Below, in pieces: positions 12,848-27,056 of a DNA stretch of 64,000 nucleotides. How positions within the stretch are numbered: position 1 is the stretch's first letter; the number at the start of each line of letters is the position of its first letter. Under the pieces are notes generated by a model. That model saw only the letters and a list, made by a program, of their open reading frames with translations. It was not told the origin of the DNA and searched no databases. A program made the position numbers and the translations under genes. The stretch comes from the human T2T-CHM13v2.0 reference genome, Homo sapiens. The stretch lies in NCBI RefSeq assembly GCF_009914755.1, contig NC_060937.1; one strand, written 5' to 3'.

Positions 12848-13544
12848 AAAGAGAGAAAAGGGTAGAGAATAGAACTTTGAGTAATATAAATACTTTAGAA
12901 AAATATTTATAATTCACCCCCAAAATGTTATATCCAAATGATGTTTTCATTGTTCGTTAGTTTTAGTGTTCTCAAATATGCATTTAATACATATAATTAA
13001 AATAGTGCCAGAAGAACTTTATTTTTGATAAAGGTATTTTTAAAATGATACCTAAAAAGTATGCATAATGAATCAAACATAGGTAATATTGCAGATATAT
13101 TTTAGTTTGTAATTTTATTTCTGTGTTTTAAAAATAATTTGATTTATAATATTAGATAATTATTTTCATCATAGGTATTTTATAGTATTACAATAATTAA
13201 CAATTAGAATTACTTGCCAGGGAGTACTGTAAGTAATTATTAGATTTATGTAACTCTTGTGTTGATTAATAGAATATGCTAATGACAGATATTCCAGATA
13301 AATTCAGGAAGCTGTTCCAAAGCTGGGTGGTTTCCAAGTGAAATATTTGTGGAAAGAAGACAAAAGAGAAAGCAGAGAGGCATAGCTGATTTTTGTTAAA
13401 AGTGGAAAGTTGGCTAAAAGGAAATTAAGAAATTTTCTTCACTATGGTGAAGAAAAAATGTAACTTGACTAGCCACTAAAATAAATTCTTCATGTTTGCA
13501 GTTTTTTAAAGATAAATGCTTTCTTATAAAATATCATGTATTTT

Positions 13545-13880
13545 AATATTAAAGAAAAGATTGCACCAGACAAAATGAACAAACAGATGTTGGTTTTATT
13601 CCAGTACTGTTTTCAGCAATAGGCAAGAGAGAATATAGACGACGTTTGGACACTCAGCTCTGCTGAAGCAAAGGGCAGGAGACATTAAGTGCTGGAGTTG
13701 GGAAATTGTAGGTCATCTGTGTTTAATAATTGGCTTTACCCTACCCAATTAGGCCTTACCTAATTTCCTTACCCAAGGGAAAAGTGAATGTTCTTCTATT
13801 TTCATTAAGGGTGATAGTTTTACATCTTGGAGCATGGTGGCTAAGAAAGCTAGTCTCTTGCGAGAATTGATAGCAAACGC
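13545..13880 (-). mobile_element. ERV1 LTR remnant (MER67-like)
   Basis: catctgtgtttaataattggctttaccc...aaggga aaagtgaa...tagttttacatcttggagca. Confidence 0.45.
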
Positions 13881-13914
13881 ATTTAGTGATTACTAGATGG
13901 ATCCATCATTCAAA

Positions 13915-14031
13915 AATGTATTTAATCCATACAACCACTAGAGAGATGGTATATATGTTATTCCCATTTATAGATAAGAACATGGAGACCTTTAGAAGTT
14001 ATACGACACATAGAAAACTGAGGGAAGTTAA
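13915..14031 (-). mobile_element. MIR fragment
   Basis: tttaatccatacaacc...ttattcccatttatagataagaacatggagac core. Confidence 0.6.
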
Positions 14032-14158
14032 TGGGAGGTTGAGGCAGGAGAATCCCTTGAACCCAGGAGGCAGAGGTTACAGTGAGCCGAGATCGTGCCA
14101 CTGCACTCTGGCCTGGGAGGCAGAGTGAGACTCCGTCTCAAAAACAAAAAACAACAAC
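14032..14158 (+). mobile_element. 5'-truncated Alu (right arm only)
   Basis: gggaggttgaggcaggagaatc...gtctcaaaaac; 18-bp TSD aaaactgagggaagttaa / aaaacggagggaagttaa. Confidence 0.92.
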
Positions 14159-14185
14159 AAAACGGAGGGAAGTTAAGTCTGGCTT

Positions 14186-14410
14186 TAGAGTTGTGATGTC
14201 CAATATGTAGTGTCACTTAACACTATCACATATTGCTATATAGATTTGAAATAACTAACGTTAAATAAAATTAAATGTTCAGTTCTTTAGTCAAGCTACC
14301 CATCTTTCAAATACTTCATATCACAAGTGGCTAGTGACTACCATAGTGGGCGGTGCGGACAGAATATTTCTAGCTTCTTTGAAAGTGTTAGTGGACAGCA
14401 CTGCTAGAGC
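14186..14410. mobile_element. MER3/MER33-type hAT element
   Basis: tgtccaatatgtag...caagtggctagtgactaccatagtgg...gaaagtgttagtggacagcactg. Confidence 0.7.
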
Positions 14411-14537
14411 CTATAGCCCCGGAAGAATTCTACCTCGCCACAATGAAAACAGCAGTGTCTAACACATAATAGGTGTTCCATACAGGTTTGTCTCTTTCTG
14501 TTCTTTAGAGAAAAATGAGCTTTTCTTTCAATGAAGT

Positions 14538-14898
<361 letters not shown>

Positions 14899-15917
14899 TG
14901 AAAGAGTAAACTCAGGTTAACTGTGAAACCTAGTTCATAAATGTTTCCTGAGAATGCAAAACTGGAGCATTATTTTTCACTTGTATGGGAGTCAACAGCT
15001 AATAGGAAGCAGTGACATCTAATCTGGTTCTCCTCACTCATGCTGCCAGAACGAAATAAACTTTCATCAAATATTTCATTCAAAGGTACTACAATTTCAT
15101 CATGCAACATCTTCCAAACATTGCTTTTTCTGTTATTACAACAAGTAGAAAATGAAATTCCTGCTATCTGTTTCATCGTGTTTAATGTTTGTATTTCAGG
15201 AAATTGTGTTTGTTCAGCTATTTGCTAGCAGAGCTAAATATAAGTTTGCTTGAAAATTGAATTACAGAAGAGCTTTTTTTTTCTTCAAGTATGGATTCTG
15301 ATCTGTAACAGCCAAATAAGAACTATTTCAGGTCAAATTCTAGTGCAGTGCTGAAGTATTTCTCTGGTCTCAGCAATTTTTTATCAAAGGCAATAATTCA
15401 AATTTTTAGTACACTGAAATCATTTTCCTATATGTACATTTTAAATTCTTCCCCAAATTTCTGACTGCTTATTAATCTAATTTTGTAATTTGGAATAATT
15501 TCCTATGATATCATTTATTAGGTAAAATTTGAGCAGTCAGTAAAACTATTAGTCCATTAAACAATTTTAACTGGGCCTTCAATTAAGCAAATAACTTTGC
15601 CTGCTGTCTAGTTATGCTTCTAAGAAGTCAAACTTAATTTAATTTTAACAATGAAAATAAGGATTATATTATTAATTGTTTTCCTTTTGAAATCAGTTAG
15701 TCTGAACATAAAAAAAAATGACAAAATTGAATATAAACTGGCATGGCTATACCAAACAATAAAATTGTATCTCCTCAGGCTATTGACATTACCTGTGGCA
15801 ACCTCAATTCAAACATCACCTTACGTTAAGTGCTTGTAATTCCTAAGGCAAAATGACAAGGAATAGGACTCTGAAAAGAAATTGATTCAGATGGGGTGAA
15901 ATTCATCGGAAAGTAAA

Positions 15918-16609
15918 TGTCTTAGTTCCTTTGTGCTGCTCTAAAATAATTTTACAAACTGGGTAGTTTATAAGAACAGAAATTGATTTTCTCACAGTTC
16001 TAGAGGCTGGGAAGTGGAAGATCAGGTCACCAGCAAGTGTGATGTCCAGTTAGGGCTGCTTTCTCTGCTTTCAAGATGGTGTGTTGTTGTTATGTCCTCA
16101 ATGTCCTCACTTGGGAGAAGGCAGAGGGGCAAAGGAGCTGATCTGCATGAAACTTCTTTTAGAAGGGCCTTAATCTCATTCTCAAGGGAAAAATCCCCCA
16201 TGACCTAGTCACATCTTAACTACTACACTTTTTTTTTTTTTTTGAGACAATGTCTCCCTCTGTCACCTGGGCTGGAATGCAGTGTCACCATCTTGGCTCA
16301 CTGCAGCCTCCACCTCCCAGGTTCAAGTGATTATCCTGCCTCAGCATCCCTGAGTAGCTAGAACTACAGGCAAGTACTACTATGCCCGGCTAATTTTTTT
16401 ATTTTTAGTAAAGACAGGATTTTACCACGTTGGCCAGACTGGCCTCAAACTCCTGACCTCAAGTGATCTGCCCGCCTCGGCCTCCCAAAGTGCTGGCATT
16501 GCAGGCATGAGCCACCGCGCCCAGCAACTACCACACTTCTTAATTCTATCATATTGGCCATTGAGTTTTAACACCTGAATTTTGAGGGGGACATATTCAA
16601 CCCACAGCA
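15918..16609 (-). mobile_element. MLT1A/MST-type LTR interrupted by Alu
   Basis: tgtcttagtt...ctcacagttctagaggctgggaag...gacatattcaacccacagca; exact TSD gtaaa on both sides. Confidence 0.85.
16230..16525 (-). mobile_element. AluS
   Basis: Full dimer; TSD aactactacact / aactaccacact. Confidence 0.95.
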
Positions 16610-17444
16610 GTAAATATTAATAAATGTGGTTATGTCAGCAATTTTTAATTTCCATATAACCCAAAAGAAATTACCAACATGACATCTACATTTGTGGTGC
16701 ACAGATGGAAAAAAAAAATTAGAAGCTATCCCTCATCCCTTTTGAATTTAAATAAAAAGCAATGTTGATTCTTAAATGGTATTTTTACCTGCTGAGAACT
16801 ATTTTTTTTAAAATAACCCAACAAGGGTTTTCTTTTACTTTGCCTTTGTGCTTTCACTATGTCAAACACAGCCATATTAAAAGAAATAAAAAGGTGCCAC
16901 AAATGTGATGGACTTCAATCCAGTGTTTCCAATATCACCAAACTTCTTCTCCTTATCAATTAATTATGGAATAATGTTAATTTAGTAACCTGTTAGAGTA
17001 TAGGTACAAAGTTATCTTTGTTTCAAAACCAGGTTATATTGTTCTCCAATGCCACAAATAGAACTATATTGTACAACTGTATCTGTTAACTAATGCTGAT
17101 CATCTAGATCTGATTTTATATTTAAGCATCTAATTTTCTGTGTATCAGAGTATGTTTTTCATCTGTTTATAGTTTTTTTAATAGCTATAATAAAAAGAAA
17201 AAGCAAATACGCATTTGCAAGGAAATATTTAATTTCCTGCTAGAATAGCCTCAAATGGGAATATCAAGGCAGTAGGAATACTTTAGTCAGTAGCTTTAAT
17301 ATCTTGAACTATATAAAAGCAAATAACAGAGACTATTGGTAAAAGTTTCCTTTTCCTCAGTCTGAAATTTAAAAAATTTATTGCTGGAAGAAATATTTGA
17401 GGTTTCATAGCCTAACCTTCTCCTTCTATAAATAAAAACATTGA

Positions 17445-17553
17445 CTTTGCATGGTGGCTCAAACCAGTAATCCTAGAACTTTGAGAGGCTGAGGCAGGAG
17501 GATTGCTTGATGTCAGGAGTTCCAGACCAGTCTGGGTAACAAAATGAGACCCG

Positions 17554-17584
<31 letters not shown>

Positions 17585-17760
17585 GCTGGCTGCAGTGGCA
17601 TGCCTGCAGTCCTAACTACTGTGGAGGCTGAGGAAGTAGGATCACTTGCACCCAGGAGTTTGAGGTTGCGGTGAGGTATAATCACATACTGCACTCCAGC
17701 CTGGGCAACAGAAAAAAAACTTTTCTGTTTTTTTTAATCTCAAAAAAAATGATAATAAAA
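17445..17760 (+). mobile_element. AluJ
   Basis: gaggattgcttga...aggagtttgaggttgc; TSD aataaaaacattga on both sides. Confidence 0.92.
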
Positions 17761-19015
17761 AATAAAAACATTGAGGCCAGTATGCATAAATTATTTTAAG
17801 ATTATAAAATACTTTTATTATTTTCAATCGTTCCTATTTAGAAGGGGATAAACATTTGCAGAAACATACATTTTCCAAGTTCTGGTGTACAGGAAAAATA
17901 GAAGAATCATGCAGAAGTGATTTGGTGCTATAACTGAATAGAAACCTAATTTTCTAAGTAAGCAGCTGATACATTTTTGGGGAAAGGGGACTATAAATCA
18001 TTTTTTAGGTGACCTTGGCAACAACCATGATTATCATTCATAGCAGCATTTGTGCAGGGTCTGGAAGATGGTCAACTAGATACAATTTTTTCCCAAGCAC
18101 AACCATCCTATCAAAATCTAGCATATATTTGGGTTAAAGAAATGTTTGTGCCCTTTCAAGGTTCATATTTGCATGAAATTCTTTATTGCAGTATAATTCC
18201 TTTTCTCCTTTACCACACTAAATTTTAAGGAATGTCCTGTTCAATTTCAAGGAAAGGACAATACTTTAAGATCCCCACATCCATTAATAAGTACAGTCAA
18301 TTATTTATAAATTATACATTTCACAGCATAAGATGGTAAGTTAACATCGATTCTTCTAAAACACGGAGTAAAATCTAAAATAAGATGCTTTTATACCTCT
18401 CAGTATGAAGACTAGAGCCCTGAACCATGGAAATTATGCAGCTACGTTTTTCATGTGACATTGAAGAAAGGTCCAATTTATATTGAAGCAAACTGTCTAG
18501 AGTGGTCCCTGAGAACCATGGGAAAATCAAGATGTTGTTTAGTGTTGGACACAACACACAGGGAGAGATGGAGTTTGAAGAAGCTTAATTTGACCCACCC
18601 AAGAGAGTAAGGTATTAAAAAGGGAAGGAAGAATGGCCAATAATAGTAATAAACCATTGGAGAGCATTAATGACAGTTCCATCACTTATTATGTTTTAGC
18701 TGAAAGTAAACATTAGTAGTTATAAACTCTCCCCAGATGCAAATGCAGAGATTATTTTTAAAACAGTATTTTCCTTTCATATCATGAAGCAATCTGTTCA
18801 CATTCTTTTAACTAGTAGTTTTACCTGGACAAAGTAATTTGTCTTTCTTTAAAGTAGCATTGTTTTTACTTACACAAGTTCAGGTATGCAGTGAACAAAT
18901 GTTCATACAATATTGATGAATCATCTTTGTATTGTTTCTCTCTATAATTTTGATAACAATGCATAATTTTCTTGTAGATTTTTGAACCTCACGTGAATTA
19001 TTAAATGAATTTTAA

Positions 19016-19330
<315 letters not shown>

Positions 19331-20289
19331 TAATACCATTTCAACAAGTTGTTATTTGTACTCAGAAAATAAGATTAACTTAGATAAAGTCAACAACTTG
19401 AATATCATATGTTAAACATACACACTCCAAACTTGAGACAATTTATTCAAGAATAACCTTTAAGGTTCAAACAAACTGATTGTCTTGAATGTATGACAAT
19501 TATAAAATAGTTTGGGGTTTTTATTCTTAATCAGTTAATAAGCTCATCCTGGCAAATTTTGTATTTTACTCAATTTCTTTTTCAAGATTTAAAAACTTTA
19601 AAATAAAAATTGCAATAATTGGTGCTTTTAATTATGCTTATTTTTCAGAGTAAAAAAGCAATAATGTATGTGCAGGGTAATACAAACAATAGAAAAAAAA
19701 CAAAGAAAATATGTGTTCTATTATATCATGCCACAGATATAAGACATCTTTTGGTATGTTTCCTTCCTAAAATAGATTCAAAAAGAGATAAACCAATCAT
19801 AACTTTTCCTTTAGTAATATAGGATTTTCCTGTATCGGTAAGTGTTCTTGGTAATCCCAAATTATCTCATGTTTTCTAATGATAGGGGATTACAAACATG
19901 TATAAAAACAGATTAATTTAATGAACCTAAGGTACTCATTGCTTAGCTTCGGTAGTTATTAAGCATATGGTGAATCTTGTGTCCTCTATATCCCTAACTA
20001 CTTGCCTGTCATGATTATTTCAAAGTTAAATCTTGACTTTGTGTCATGGGATCTCGATTTTTGATAGCTGCTAAATAATATATTTCTTCTATTTGCCACA
20101 TTTTAAAAACTGTTCTTTTTTTGTTATATATCTTAATCATCTTCAATATCTGTAATATTTATGTATGACTATTTTACATTCTTTTAAATTTGAAAGGTGA
20201 AAAGACAGAAATTACTAGTGAAAAAGAACACATGTGTTAGAGAAAAATTAGTGTCGAATTGAAAATTAGTAGGAGTTTGACATTGGGAA

Positions 20290-20410
20290 TGTCATTTCTT
20301 TAAGCCTCAGTTTTCCCATCTATGAAATGGGATTTAAAATACTGTACTAGTTAGCAGAATTGTTGTAATTAATAAAATACATACATGTGTTTCCTGGCAC
20401 AAACAGGTGA
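20290..20410 (+). mobile_element. MIR
   Basis: aagcctcagttttcccatctatgaaatggga...cctggcaca. Confidence 0.7.
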
Positions 20411-23400
20411 TATTTCCTATTGACTAATTTTATCCTTTACTTTCTGGACATATTCATGGGGGAAAAAGTGAATCTGATAAAAACCTCTTATTACTCAAGC
20501 ACTGAAAATAATAAAATAACTTTTTATGAGTATAACTATGGATTTTACAGTGTAAATCAGTGGGAATAAATTTATTAATACTTGTTTATATTTTTGTATT
20601 CAAATTTAGCATTTCAGATAAATTACAGCAAGTGATGATTCATTGAATATTAAATATAAGTGTGCTTAAATATAAGTGCATTATATTTGATAGAATATCT
20701 TAGCAATTTATATTTTATTTGGTTCTGTTGATGGATAACTATAAATTAGAACATATTGCTATAAATCATTTGAACTTCAATCTATTACCAGAATTCTGAA
20801 AATCAGGGAAGGCATTACTCTATAGTTATTTCAGTAAAAATATTTTATGATACATGAAATAGTCCTTTAGAAGTTTTACAAATTGTAATAGAGGCTTTTA
20901 TATATGGAAACAATCTCTAACATGATAAAGTTGATAATTTGAAGGATAATTTATTATAAAATGTAAATGTGCCTATGATTTTTCTGAGAACTAATAAAAT
21001 TGAATTTTGATAAATTGACTTAAAGTAACACCCTTAAAGGAACAAAGAGTGATATTGTTGAACATAATTGAACACATTATATTTTTGCCCATTGTAGAAT
21101 GTGCTGTTTTAATGGCTTATAAATACTGTAAAATATTCATATTATAGAGAAAATGATTAAAATGAATTTAGAAATGGCAAATAGCTCAATTTAAGCCTAG
21201 TAGCTATAGACTGGAATGCTGGTTGGACCCAACTAATAGCATGCCTGTAAATAAATTATTTACACTTTGTCACCATCATTTATCTATCTATCTATCTATA
21301 TTTTTAAAGCTGGGTCATTTAAATGCTTCTTTAAGTCCTTTGAACTATGAACATTGAAAAGTTGGACACTTCTTCCCTATGTCTAAATGGTCTTTTTATA
21401 GGTTTTCTATGAAGTAGTATCTTATAAAACTTCAGTAGAAGTGATTTTTAAAAAGTCTCAAGAAATATTGATAAGCAAAAATGGCTCAGACTATTTCTAT
21501 AGAGATTTTGTTGACTGTTAAGGTGAGTATATGAACCATGCTCAAGTTTACAAAAATGGCAACCAAATATCTAATCTCCCCTAGCTTACAGCAAAGGCAC
21601 TACATAAGAGTAACATAAAAATATCCTTGACCCAGTCTTTAACCTATACTGGAGTCGAAGAGCATGCAGCAAGAACATTTTCACCAATGGTAGGAACGAA
21701 TCATCAATGTCCTCTGTGGTCATCTGTGGTAATAAACCAGGTCTGGTGTACCTTCTTTTGCTGGATATATCTCTGTTAGTAGAGAATTAAATGAGGTCAT
21801 TAATGGCTCAGAAAGGAAAATGTATGAAAACAGTAACTTAGTTTCTGTGTCAGTCTAGATCCTGTCCTGCTTAATGAGAAGATAGGCAGTTAGCTTTTTA
21901 CATTTTTGTGTCTAGTCAACATGAGCATCCAAATCACAGACATTTATTACACATTTGGTTGGAGAATATGTCATAGGCCATCTCTTCCAAATCAGAGGAA
22001 GGTGAAAATTATCTCAACAACACAATTTTTAAACACACAGACAAACAATGTTCTGCAGGATATGTCAAACAGGCAAAAAAAAAAAAGGTAAAATTTAAAA
22101 ACTGAGCCTAGAAACATAGTGGGGGAGGGTTATTGGTAGAATTAACAGACAGTAGGATTAGCTACTTAAGAAATGTAAATCACAAGGTAAATTATTTCAC
22201 AACAGTTTAAGTTCCTATAATGTGTCCAGAGGGATTGATCACCATCAAACAGAAAAAAATGTCAAATGGCTAAGATTAACTGGTACCATTTGTATGAGTC
22301 CTTTCTTTCAGATGCCTTCATCTGGCAGAGTTTACTCTGTACATACTCAACCTACTTATTTTCTCCCAAAGGACCAGGGAAAAATTTGATACCAGATAAT
22401 TACTATATACAGAGCCTCACAGTTCAAATAAAACTGGGTGATAATTTTGATTGCATGTTGATGATAATGCTAAAAATTACATAAAGCCATAGTTACTGTT
22501 TATACTGTTTCGGCAAAGCACATCTGTAAATATTTGGTCTATGGCAACTTGATCTTAAATAGTATCATTATGCTTTTTCCACAGAATTGGCTATGCAGGC
22601 AGCTGAGATAAAGGTGCAAAATATTAGGATCATACCACAAATGCTTTAAATATTCAATTAGCAATAGTGAGCTCAGAAACAAATACTGCAATAAGGCTTA
22701 CTTTTCTAAAAAAAAAAATAATTAAAAAGACTTTGTACTTAATGACCAAATGCTCCTTTTCTTAATTTGGGCAACTGTATCATATTGTGTCGACTCTGGG
22801 AATGTCCAAGTAGGTTAACAAGCCAAATAGATTGTTGTCTAGAAAAAGTTTTGGCAGAGCTAAATGTGAAAACGCTCAGAAAAATTGTTTGTAATCTTAA
22901 CTTATAATTTCTAAAAACATTACAAGAATTGTATGTCTTTAATATTAGTTCATAATACAAGTCTTACAAATAATGTAGTAAATGTGTTATTAGCAAATGA
23001 AATAGTTGCTAGAAATATTATTTTAGCAAATAGACTAAGTGCACCAGATTCAAATTTACCAAGTTTTTTATATCTGTCAGTACAGTAGAAAAGGGAGTGC
23101 TTTTTTTTGAAATTCACTGAAGGAGCATACACTCTACTAAAAAAAAAAAGTCAATATACTCTTACTGAGAATAATACACTTCACATTGTGTGAGTTACAA
23201 AAGCAAAAAACAGAACCACGTCCTGGGCTCTTACATGTGCCTAAAAGTCTCATGCATATAAGATACAGAATAATAAATCAGGGATACTTATTTTGGGCTT
23301 ATTATTTACTTGACCCGGTATTTAGCTCTTAATCCTGGTTACAAGAACCATATTCACCCCCAAAACCCCAACAAAAAAACGCTGTGTAGATATATAGACA

Positions 23401-24112
23401 AGGATATGGTATTTCTTTTATATTATCACAATATGACTATGATCCCACACAATTATGGGATCATGATGCTGTAAGTACAAATCATGGTCTAGTTGCTGAG
23501 AATGAAGTATACTCTAGATAGTTTGATTGTAAAGGAATTTAATATAGACTTACAAAAATACTGAATAATTGGGAGAGATGGAGAGAGAGATGTTAGCCTG
23601 GACTTCAGGAACAAACCCCGATATCTCAGTATCTGCCATGATGCCAAAAATGCCACTGCTCCTGCTAGGGCCAAACAATTGCAGGGTGACTAGAAGCTGC
23701 CTCTTCAGCATCTAACTCTAGATTTTTGCCTTTTCTTTCTTAGCTGATCCACATATTGGATACATTTATCTTCCACTCCATCTATTTCCCAAATAAAACG
23801 CAGTTTTAATTTAAGTTTTCAGTGACAGCAGTAATTTGGCAAAATCTAAATCACGTACAGGTTTATTTCAAGGGCCTCTGGGAAATGACTATTTTAGTGT
23901 TCCAGTCAATTTTGCATTAGAGAAAAACAAACTAGAAAGAAGGTTGAAAGAATTTTAAGCAAGACAATCCACATATCCTCCAAAGTATAATAACTTAGAC
24001 TATCAATATGGGGAAAAAGTCATCTTGGCCTATGTGCAAATCTAGGCTGCATTCTTCTGTTAGCCTTCCGATTCCTACTGAGCTGATGCTGAAGACGGCT
24101 ATAGACTAAAAG

Positions 24113-24115
<3 letters not shown>

Positions 24116-24166
<51 letters not shown>
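24116..24166. repeat. (CA)~25 microsatellite
   Basis: Pure CA run. Confidence 0.98.
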
Positions 24167-24168
<2 letters not shown>

Positions 24169-26489
24169 CAAGGGGAAAAATCACTTTATTTGCTGAAAGA
24201 TAAAAGAAGGATGTTGAACACAGCCACTCAGTCCCTCCTATATTTTAGTTGCCACTTTGTTCTATTATTTGAGCATGAGGCTGTCTTTTCCAGTGGGAGC
24301 CACCTCCAAACCCGTATTACTGGATAGACTTTATTAAGCAAAAAGTGATTCAAATTACAAACAAGAGCAAGAAGATGCTTCAGTGAGCTGCAGTGGGAGT
24401 GTTGCTACCAAATCGTTTTAATTTTTTAATCCATCATGTATGTCCTCAGGAACTGCATCCTCTTGGATAACAGCATTTATCCTTCACTCATACAGGAGCA
24501 TTTATTTTCCATGTGGCTAAAAGGAAGTATATGAAACAAAAAAACCTTACATATTCCATAAAGGTTTAACAATTATAAGAATCAGGAAAGGAAGAGACAA
24601 TATGGAGAAATTACCTTTTAAAACTAATTATTAGATAATTTACAGACATTATCAGAGTGTTAGATGCATTCCAAGGATAAAACATTGTTTTAGATACAAA
24701 TTATTAATGTAAAATTACAATACATAATTTTCATTTTTAAAATACTTATTGAGCTTAATATAGTAGGCTTATACCCACATAAAACACATGGAACATATAT
24801 GTGTTTTGGTAGAAGAAGGTGGATTTGCAAGTTATTAAATATTAAAATATTAAAGATATTACCATAGAAATCATAAGGATTAGAAAGAAGTGAGCAATCA
24901 TGTCATATTTAAAATCTCATATTTTCCTAGTATGTGCCTCAAATATAATAGGTACATAATAAATATTTGCTAAATCAGTGATTTACAAAAACGTAGATTC
25001 ATAGAAGTTTTTCATCTATTACCAGTAACAGCATATACACACTCAAGACAACATAACATAATATTACATTTTTATTACATACAAATTTAAATTGTTAGAC
25101 TGTATTGCAAGTAAAGAATTTAGCTGTGCGGCCTTCCTTGTTGAAAATGCAAACAAGAAAATCATATAATAAATGATAAATACATTTATAGGTACTAAAT
25201 TACTACTATTGATATCGAACAGCCTGGAACGTTGTGCAATATGTGTAAAATAAAGAATGCCCCAAGCTGCAGTGTTAAGGTAGCCTAGGTTTGTCTACTC
25301 TTCGTGCACTTTAGTGTTTATCTTAAGAGACCTCTTGGAAATTTGCCACTTCTGGACAACTGGAAATGGTTAGAATTTCTGTTAGCCTATTCATTGTCTC
25401 ACTAAGCCTCTATTCATATTATGAAAGGTATCACCAAAATGTCCATGAGACTGTACAGTTTCTTTTTTTGTTTCTTTTCCTTTCTGTTTTTCTTCAGGAT
25501 CCCCATCTGTCCTCTGGAGTTCTCTGTTACATCCTTAGGTAATCTGGAAACCAACCTATTTTCTATGACAAAGGCTAAGAATCATTCACTATTATTATGC
25601 AGAACTAATCTGTAATTGAAACCCCTTTTTGTGAATCCCCCCAGGTATTTTCTCACCATTATCACTGAGGTGACTTGTTCTGTGTCCAGTTCATTGAAAT
25701 TCCCAGACCCAGATGATTTGATAGCCGGTTATTTTAGAATTTTGCCCTTATTTACTTTTATCTGTCAAGTAAAGCCAAGGGATTTTTTTTCCCATCTCTT
25801 TTGCAGCAATCACAAGTTTTAAACTGTGACAATAACTGCTTAGTGTGCAGAATACTTTAGAGAAATAGTGTTGAACAATTCTTGTTAATAATGTGAATTT
25901 GGGTGAATTGTAATGTTGGGGAAAAAGATTCCATAAACTGTATGTCCCTTTATGCATCTTCCATTAGTTAGAAGAAATTGCTCTTTATAGTAAAATTTAC
26001 AGTAAAATTTTAAAAGGGTATGCATTCAAATTAAGGGCCATGAATATGAGCATTTATAATATGAGTTATAGAGTATTTCAACAATAGATGTAAATAGTAG
26101 TGGCTAGTATGAATTTCATACCATGTTTTCTCTATTAAAATTATGCTATGATTTCCATCTCTCAACCTCAAAACTTCTTTATCATCAATCTCAGGGCTAA
26201 CTTTATCAAAAGAAAAGGAAAAAAGAGATTCTGAATTATGCCCAAATATTTATTTTCATTAGAGCATGATTGTTTTTAATTTTATGGAATCTAGGATTTA
26301 TGTATAATATAATTATATTATTGTGTAATAGAGTTGTTATTGTGAATCCTGATGAACTCTTAACAACTCAATAAATAATAACATTTAATACAGATATATC
26401 TGTGAAGACATATGCAAAGAACTTGTAATAACCTAAAGAAAACCTCACCTTGTGAGAAAATTTATTAATTTATTCAGTAAGATTTTAGA

Positions 26490-26692
26490 TTTGATACAAG
26501 TGAGTTCAATCCTGCTTCACCTTATTTTTTCTTTGGGAACTTGAACATATCACACATTTTCACGTCTCTTTTTTTATCTGTAAAGCAAACGTTATAACAA
26601 GATCCACATCTATTTGCTGTTAGGTTTAAATTCAATATTATAAATAGGTGATTTGAACGTTTGTTGTATTCATAAAGTGATTAATAATTATT
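26490..26692 (+). mobile_element. MIR
   Basis: gagttcaatcctgcttcacc...ttttatctgtaaa core. Confidence 0.55.
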
Positions 26693-26740
26693 AGATGTTT
26701 TAAATATTATTTCCTCAAGTCCCCAGGTTTGCTTCACATG

Positions 26741-27056
26741 TATTTATTTTAATTTTTTTTTTATTTTGTTTTTGAGACAGAGTCTCGCTTTGATGCCAGG
26801 CTGGAGTGAGTGCTGTGGCGCGATCTGAGCTCACTGCAACCTATGCTTCCCAGGTTCAAGCCAGTCTCCTGCCCCAGCCTCCCAAGTAGCTGGGACTACA
26901 GGCGTGCACCACCATGCCCGGCTAACTTTTGTATTTTTAGTAGAGACGGGCTTTCACCCTGTTGGCCAGGATGGTCTTGATTTCTTGACCTCATGATCCA
27001 CCCACCTCAGCCTCTCAAAGTGCTGGGATTACAGGTGTGAACCACCACACCCAGCC
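26741..27056 (-). mobile_element. AluSc-like
   Basis: gccaggctgg and ggatggtcttgatttcttgacctc diagnostics; TSD gtttgcttcac (26727-26737, 27057-27067). Confidence 0.93.
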
